This document shows positions 26,715-32,000 of a DNA stretch of 32,000 nt, in pieces. The notes below the pieces were generated by a model. The model was not told where the DNA came from. It saw only the letters and a list, made by a program, of their open reading frames with translations, and made no database searches. Within the stretch, counting starts at the first letter, position 1. Every line of letters begins with the position of its first letter. The position numbers and the translations under genes were made by a program. Location of the stretch: positions 2,040,001 through 2,072,000 of the forward strand of contig NZ_CP142525.1 in NCBI RefSeq assembly GCF_051097895.1. Direction: 5' to 3'. This DNA is from Psychrobacter sp. HD31 (GTDB lineage: Bacteria; Pseudomonadota; Gammaproteobacteria; Pseudomonadales; Moraxellaceae).

Positions 26715-27755
26715 GTGAAAACAATCCCAACAGCAGAACGTGAGTTATTCCTTGCTTTGCATGCTATTGCACAAAAAAATCCGGTAGCTAATGAATGGTT
26801 GGCTTGTTTGCCAAAATGGCTTTATGATATTAAAAACAAAAGCAACTATGCTCATGCACCGGCTTATTTATCAGCCGTTGAGCGATTGCCCACCATAACG
26901 GCGCATCATAATAGGGTCGTAAACTTGTCAGCTAATGCGATTAGTATCAACCTCGACTGGAGTATTGCCGAGCAAAAACAAACCGAGGCATTATTAAAAC
27001 AGCTCATGCCATGGCGTAAAGGCCCTTTTGAGATTGGTAACACTCATAACCAAGTTTATATCGATACCGAGTGGCGTAGCGACTTTAAGTGGCAACGCGT
27101 GCTGCCGCATTTATCAAATTTAAAAAATAGACGGGTGCTGGATGTAGGCGGTGGCTCAGGCTATCATGGTTGGCGTATGGCTGGCATGGGAGCGGAGCAA
27201 GTTTTTATAATTGACCCATCTTGCTTATTTTATCATCAGTTTATGGCGGTTCGTCACTTTGTTGGCAATGCCGATGCGAACGAACAAGGTCATTACCGCA
27301 CGCATTATATACCAGTCCCTTTAGAAGCTTTGCCTAAGCAATCACAGCTATTTGACACCGTATTTAGCATGGGCGTTTTATACCATCGTGCCTCGCCATT
27401 TGAGCATTTAAACTTGTTAAAAGGGCAACTTAAAAAAGGGGGAGAGCTGGTGTTAGAGACCTTGGTAATTGAAGGCGATGAAACCAGCGTGCTTGTGCCA
27501 CAAGACAGATATGCAAAAATGAATAATGTGTATTTTCTGCCATCTGTTGCAGCGTTAAGTTTGTGGTTAGAAAAAGCAGGCTTTGTAGATGTGCGTTGTG
27601 TGGATAAAGATGTTACATCTTTGGAAGAGCAAAGATCAACTGAATGGATGGATTATCAATCATTATCAGACTTTTTAGATCCAAATGATGCCAGTAAAAC
27701 GGTAGAAAATCATCCTGCGCCAATGCGAGCGGTTATGGTTGCTAAAAAGGCTTAG
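26715..27755 (+). CDS. cmoB: tRNA U34 carboxymethyltransferase
   Basis: Motifs LMPWRKGPF, IDTEWRSDFKW, LDVGGGSGYH, FSMGVLYHR and LVLETLVI. The track start is TTG 26649, overlapping cmoA. I prefer GTG 26715 (AAGGG 8 nt upstream). There is no in-frame ATG before the conserved core. Confidence 0.88.
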   Translation: MKTIPTAERELFLALHAIAQKNPVANEWLACLPKWLYDIKNKSNYAHAPAYLSAVERLPTITAHHNRVVNLSANAISINLDWSIAEQKQTEALLKQLMPWRKGPFEIGNTHNQVYIDTEWRSDFKWQRVLPHLSNLKNRRVLDVGGGSGYHGWRMAGMGAEQVFIIDPSCLFYHQFMAVRHFVGNADANEQGHYRTHYIPVPLEALPKQSQLFDTVFSMGVLYHRASPFEHLNLLKGQLKKGGELVLETLVIEGDETSVLVPQDRYAKMNNVYFLPSVAALSLWLEKAGFVDVRCVDKDVTSLEEQRSTEWMDYQSLSDFLDPNDASKTVENHPAPMRAVMVAKKA

Positions 27756-27825
27756 TCTTATATTGTCTTTTTTTACCGTATATATTTTGCAATAGCTACA
27801 AGTTAGCCCTTAACTTATTTGTTCC

Positions 27826-28084
27826 TCATGTGATAAAAAAGATTCCTTCATCACTTTGTCTAAGCCAATCAGCGGGTTGTGACAAAAAATATTGCATAGG
27901 GTGCTGCGTTCCACGCACCAATTTATAAAACCACCCAGAAACCGTAGGCTCGTCATCTTGCCCAGAAAAACCTTCACCCCAAAACTATCCAACCATATAA
28001 CTAAAACCCGACATAGCCCTGATAGCAGCGGTATTGAATAAAAGCAAAAGCATAGCCTAACTGTTTAGAGGCGGTTGCTTGCAT
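27826..28084 (-). pseudogene. Possible decayed small gene (one frameshift plus one in-frame TAG)
   Basis: On the minus strand, ATG 28084 opens MQATASKQLGYAFAFIQYRCYQGYVGF and then stops at 28001-28003. The -1 frame continues SYMVG-TAG(27985-27987)-FWGEGFSGQDDEPTVSGWFYKLVRGTQHPMQYFLSQPADWLRQSDEGIFFIT and stops at 27826-27828. The spacer is visibly more GC-rich than other intergenic DNA here. I recognise no family. Confidence 0.25.
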
Positions 28085-28163
28085 AATGAAATACAAACAA
28101 AAAATCCCTAACTATATCTATGTTAGACTGGCAGTCTACCTCATAAACAATAAAAGGCTGGCT

Positions 28164-29333
28164 ATGAAAAATTTAAACAGTAAAAGATTCGTTTTAGCCT
28201 CGTTAACACTATCTGCAACATGTCTGATATCAGCACAAGCGAATGTGGGGGCGACAAATATTCATGCAGAATCATTTGACTTTTATCATAAAAATTGGCA
28301 ATTGGTGTGCGATAACACCCGTACCTGTCGAGCAGTAGGCTATCAAGATGATTATACAGATGATAATCAAATCAGTAACCCAGTGGCTCTTATGCTTAAA
28401 CGCAACGCAGGAGCAAATCAGCGAGTACGTGCCTATGTGATGTTTGGTGACGACCCGTACTTTATGGAAGATGCCGAAAAAATTCCTAATTGTAAACTGA
28501 CATCGCCAATTATAACTATCAATGACAAAAGTTTTGGTTCGCTAGGTACTCCTGATAAAGAGGATTATAGTTATGAACTAACCACCAAGCAGACTCATGA
28601 GTTGATAAACACCCTACCAACTTCTAGCAAGATAGAGTTTGTCGTTGATTGTTATCATTATCAAGTATCTGACAAAGGCTCAACCGCGGTACTTCTTAAA
28701 ATGGACGAAGTACAGGGACGTATTGATACAAAAGGTGCGATTGTTAAAAGAGGCAATAAGTCAGAAAGCTCGGTGCTGCCTGCATTGCCCACACCTGTTG
28801 TGCATGCTGTGACGATTGATGATGAAAAAATGCAGCGTGACAGCGATGATGCTTTATTTGCTAAGCTTGAAAGTAAAATGGATAATCTTGCCATTGCGAC
28901 TTTAAGGACAACAGATAGCTATGAGACCAGTGATTATTGCAACTTGTTGACAGAAGAAGAATCTGATTTTAATAGGGATTTTAAAGGTTGGCATTTTACT
29001 CGGCTAGATAAGAATAAGTTGCTTGCATCACATGACTGTTGGATGGGTGCGTACAACTTTGGTACAGGCTTTTGGGTGATGAATGATAAGCCGCCTTATC
29101 AGGTAAAACTTGTTACTGACAGCGGTGTCAGCTATTCACAGGGTGTTATATCTTTATCACACAAAGATCGTGGTATTGGTGATTGCTGGAATGGCGCCAG
29201 CTGGCGATGGGCAAAAACTAACAGAGGTATGGAGTTTATAAAAGTCGAAGAATTTAATACGGGGATGTGCAAAGGTATTGCCGCTGGTGGGGCGTTTGTA
29301 TTACCGACTTTGGTGACAGAGGTGATTGAGTGA
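28164..29333 (+). CDS. Exported Cys-rich protein, probably DUF1176 family
   Basis: The track start 28086 was replaced by ATG 28164 (AAGG 6 nt upstream), giving the signal peptide MKNLNSKRFVLASLTLSATCLISAQA. The mature protein has 8 Cys, including WQLVCDNTRTCRAVGY. The DUF1176 assignment is from memory of the conserved-cysteine pattern. Confidence 0.6.
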   Translation: MKNLNSKRFVLASLTLSATCLISAQANVGATNIHAESFDFYHKNWQLVCDNTRTCRAVGYQDDYTDDNQISNPVALMLKRNAGANQRVRAYVMFGDDPYFMEDAEKIPNCKLTSPIITINDKSFGSLGTPDKEDYSYELTTKQTHELINTLPTSSKIEFVVDCYHYQVSDKGSTAVLLKMDEVQGRIDTKGAIVKRGNKSESSVLPALPTPVVHAVTIDDEKMQRDSDDALFAKLESKMDNLAIATLRTTDSYETSDYCNLLTEEESDFNRDFKGWHFTRLDKNKLLASHDCWMGAYNFGTGFWVMNDKPPYQVKLVTDSGVSYSQGVISLSHKDRGIGDCWNGASWRWAKTNRGMEFIKVEEFNTGMCKGIAAGGAFVLPTLVTEVIE

Positions 29334-29352
29334 TAGGCGGTAACGAGTAATT

Positions 29353-29384
29353 AAAAAGCTCACAACAACCTTTGTGAGCTTTTT
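29353..29384. terminator. Bidirectional Rho-independent terminator (DUF1176-like gene / ygfZ)
   Basis: AAAAAGCTCACAA-caacct-TTGTGAGCTTTTT is a perfect 13-bp inverted repeat that includes the A and T runs. Confidence 0.8.
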
Positions 29385-29410
29385 ATATGATGTTAAGAAG
29401 CAAAATTTTT

Positions 29411-30154
29411 TTAGTGACGAGCCACATCCTCTTGTAATGCGGGAGGTAACGGCAAAATTTGTAAGTTGTTGTCTTCAGCAATCATATCTGGTCTACCAAT
29501 TACCAAGGCTTCAAAACCTGCCTCAATTTTAACAGCGCTCACAACTTGTATTTTGCCTTTTTCACCAACCGTTGTGCCAAATTTTGGTAACTCACCATTT
29601 GCTTTAATACGATGTAAAAACGATTTTGGTGCAGATTTAAAATAAATGCGAGCAATGACTTCTTGCCCTAAATAACAGCCCTTATCATAATCTACGCCGC
29701 CACGTTGGTGTAAACGTAACTCTTGCGGTTGAAATAACGCTTGAGTAGCTGCGGTTATCCAATAGTTACCACTGGCTATGCTAGCAATCTGCCATTGGTT
29801 ATTTTGCTCATCGGTATCAAAGTTTTTATCTGTACTAAACGTTGTTTCATCATCAATGATGCAAGGATAAATATCAGCCACTTCACCAATTTCAATTTTT
29901 GAAAATGCCCCATATTTTTTGATATGAGCAATAAAATCCTCGGTATAGTCATGGCTGAGTACTATGTCAAATTGCGCATCAGCGACTTTGGCAATCCATA
30001 AACCAAAATGTACACGCCCCTTTAAGTTGCAAATGGCAGTCGCTTGATAATGCTGGTTTAGTTTATCAACTGAGCAAGTAATTTGCCCAGTTAAAAATTT
30101 AGGGGCATCGATACCAGAAAGTGAAAAGTGGCTAAATTGTGGGTTATTGGACAT
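29411..30154 (-). CDS. ygfZ: Folate-binding Fe-S cluster repair / tRNA-modification protein YgfZ
   Basis: Carries the signature KGCYLGQE. The track start is 30172. I prefer ATG 30154 (MSNNPQF), which has AGGA 8 nt upstream. Confidence 0.85.
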   Translation of the reverse strand: MSNNPQFSHFSLSGIDAPKFLTGQITCSVDKLNQHYQATAICNLKGRVHFGLWIAKVADAQFDIVLSHDYTEDFIAHIKKYGAFSKIEIGEVADIYPCIIDDETTFSTDKNFDTDEQNNQWQIASIASGNYWITAATQALFQPQELRLHQRGGVDYDKGCYLGQEVIARIYFKSAPKSFLHRIKANGELPKFGTTVGEKGKIQVVSAVKIEAGFEALVIGRPDMIAEDNNLQILPLPPALQEDVARH

Positions 30155-30348
30155 AAAAATTATCCTACTCATTATTTTATTTAATTATGTATTTTTACAT
30201 GATAATGGCAAAGTACAAATTTTCAATCACTTTCTTTTATTATTAAGCACCACTAAAAATATAAAACGCATTATAAATCGTTTATAATAGGGGCAATTTA
30301 ACCCAGCCAACAATTTTATTTAAATTTATTTAAAAAGCGAGGTATAAA

Positions 30349-30693
30349 ATGAGCTTACCAAATTGTCCAAAATGTGACTCTGACTTAACTTATGAAGACG
30401 GATCATTGTTAGTTTGCCCTATGTGTGCACATGAGTGGACGCAAGAAGAAACCGCTGCAGCAGCTGAAGCATTGATTATCCGTGATGCAGTTGGTAATGA
30501 GCTACAAGATGGGGATGCCGTCACCGTGGTTAAAGATTTAAAAATCAAAGGCTCATCAGCGGTTATTAAAGTGGGTACAAAAGTAAAGAGTATCCGCTTA
30601 TTGCATGATGCACCAGATGACCATGATATTGATTGTAAAGTGGATGGATTTGGTCCTATGAAGCTTAAGTCATCTGTTGTTAAAAAAGCTTAA
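30349..30693 (+). CDS. yjdM: Zinc-ribbon protein YjdM (PhnA family)
   Basis: N-terminal CPKC...CPMC zinc ribbon and the C-terminal PhnA domain (DGD.V.V.KDLK.KG....K.GTKV). GAGG lies 7 nt upstream. Confidence 0.9.
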   Translation: MSLPNCPKCDSDLTYEDGSLLVCPMCAHEWTQEETAAAAEALIIRDAVGNELQDGDAVTVVKDLKIKGSSAVIKVGTKVKSIRLLHDAPDDHDIDCKVDGFGPMKLKSSVVKKA

Positions 30694-30737
30694 TCACGGA
30701 TAAAAATCTCTGTGGTTTTGTAAGATTTTTTCTTATT

Positions 30738-30778
30738 AAAACAGCGACTTTTTATGTTTAAAAAGTCGCTGTTTTTTT
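30738..30778 (+). terminator. Rho-independent terminator after yjdM
   Basis: AAAACAGCGACTTTTT-atgttt-AAAAAGTCGCTGTTTT forms a ~16-bp stem. The right arm runs into a T-run (7 T). Confidence 0.85.
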
Positions 30779-30832
30779 GTCGATAAATTACGCTATTTAT
30801 AGCCGAATTCTATGCCAAAATTATTGCAAAAA

Positions 30833-30860
30833 TTGCCAAATAGTCGTATAGTCATATTAT
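30833..30860 (+). promoter_or_regulatory. Sigma-70-type promoter for ppk2
   Basis: TTGCCA-16 nt-TATTAT, ~55 nt upstream of ATG 30914. Confidence 0.45.
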
Positions 30861-30913
30861 GGTAACAATTATTTGTTATGGCAGCTTAATCAATCACTTA
30901 AGGAGAAAGTTTT

Positions 30914-32000
30914 ATGGCAACACAGCCAAAAAAAGACACCACAGAAAAAGTTACTGATGCTTATGAAACCGATAGAAAATCGATGGAAAAGCACGAAGAA
31001 GGAAAAAAAGAAGCCAAAGCCACTGTCGTAGCAAAAGAAGTGATTAATGATGTGATTTTAAAGGATTTAAAAGAGGGCAACATTGACGGTATTTCTGAGC
31101 ATTTGCAGGCATTAATTCATGATGCGTCGCCAGATGATTTGTTAAAGTTAAAAGACTTGTTTGCAGAGCATGCCTTGGCAAACCAAGTTCGTACCGGCAA
31201 AAAGAAAGATGATGAGCTTTCTAGTAATTGGCGTGAAGGTGGTTATCCTTATAAAAATCGTTTGTCTCGTAAAAGTTATGAAAAACAAAAATACCATTTG
31301 CAGGTTGAGCTGTTAAAGCTGCAAAAATGGGTGAAAGATCATGGACAAAAGGTAGTTATTGTATTTGAAGGACGAGATGCTGCTGGTAAGGGTGGTACGA
31401 TTAAACGCTTTATGGAGCATTTAAACCCTCGTGGCGCAAGAGTAATTGCACTTGAAAAACCAACAGAAACTGAACAAGGTCAATGGTACTTCCAGCGTTA
31501 TGTACAGCATCTACCAACTGAGGGTGAGATGGTGATGTTTGACCGCTCTTGGTACAACCGTGCTGGTGTTGAGCGTGTGATGGGGTTTTGTACGGATGAT
31601 CAATATGAAACCTTTATGAAGCAAGTACCAGGCTTTGAACAACATTTAATTGAGTCGGGTATTCACTTAGTTAAATTTTGGTTCTCAGTTAGCCGTGAAG
31701 AGCAGCGCCGCCGTTTTGCACAGCGTGAAGCACACCCACTAAAGCAGTGGAAGCTATCGCCAATTGATAAGGCTTCGCTTGATAAGTGGCATGACTATAC
31801 GCTAGCCAAAGAAGCAATGTTTTATAATACCGATACCACAGAATCTCCATGGATTGTTATTAAATCAGACTGCAAAAAACGTGCGCGTTTAAACGCCATG
31901 CGTTATGTTCTTAACAAACTACCATATTCTGATAAAGACAAAAATCAAATTGGTAGTGTCGATCCTCTTATTGTTGGTCGTGCTGGTGCTTTGTATGAGC
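30914..32000 (+). CDS. ppk2: Polyphosphate kinase 2 (single-domain), 3' end beyond the window
   Basis: Absent from the ORF track because it has no stop in the window. AGGAG lies 8 nt upstream of the ATG and the frame stays open to base 32000. Motifs VFEGRDAAGKGG (Walker A-like), FDRSWYNRAGVERV and LSPIDK. A ~100-aa Lys/Glu-rich N-terminal region precedes the PPK2 core. Confidence 0.9.
   Translation, partial: MATQPKKDTTEKVTDAYETDRKSMEKHEEGKKEAKATVVAKEVINDVILKDLKEGNIDGISEHLQALIHDASPDDLLKLKDLFAEHALANQVRTGKKKDDELSSNWREGGYPYKNRLSRKSYEKQKYHLQVELLKLQKWVKDHGQKVVIVFEGRDAAGKGGTIKRFMEHLNPRGARVIALEKPTETEQGQWYFQRYVQHLPTEGEMVMFDRSWYNRAGVERVMGFCTDDQYETFMKQVPGFEQHLIESGIHLVKFWFSVSREEQRRRFAQREAHPLKQWKLSPIDKASLDKWHDYTLAKEAMFYNTDTTESPWIVIKSDCKKRARLNAMRYVLNKLPYSDKDKNQIGSVDPLIVGRAGALYE

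Noticed and set aside
27810-27992. 60-aa minus-strand ORF from the track as a real gene
   Set aside because: I saw no SD, the sequence is Cys/Phe/Leu-rich and not protein-like, and a different frame of the same DNA gives a more plausible though broken protein.

Overview
This window reads as AT-rich core chromosome of a gammaproteobacterium. RecA, Lon and FtsH look closest to what I remember of Moraxellaceae, but that is unverified. It is densely packed with recognisable housekeeping genes. On the + strand: an exported Cys/His hydrolase, rlmE-ftsH-folP, sdhE-ygfX, a yidB-like gene, a YuiF/NhaC-type transporter, fumC, a beta-carbonic anhydrase with gloA, dxs, suhB, pabC, cmoA-cmoB, a DUF1176-like exported protein, yjdM and ppk2 (3'-truncated). 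On the - strand: a 3'-truncated DciA/DUF721-like gene, yhbY plus an unknown 200-aa ORF, recA-recX, a flavin reductase, lon, ygfA plus a small acidic ORF, a lipoprotein cytochrome c', and ribA-hemF and ygfZ. I found no tRNA or rRNA genes, CRISPR array, transposase, integrase, phage genes or recognisable defence genes, and no convincing novel multi-gene system. The findings are therefore modest single-locus oddities. They include a Sec-exported papain-fold hydrolase with a long low-complexity linker, and RecX with a ~145-aa Lys/His-rich N-terminal extension. They also include an SOS-box-like palindrome upstream of recA, an enlarged YgfX/CptA next to sdhE, a small acidic ORF coupled to ygfA, a ~65-codon open extension on dxs behind a 332-bp spacer, and a ~400-bp spacer after cmoB that looks like a decayed gene. 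All family assignments come from motifs and remembered alignments, not from searches. Start codons corrected from the ORF track are noted per feature.
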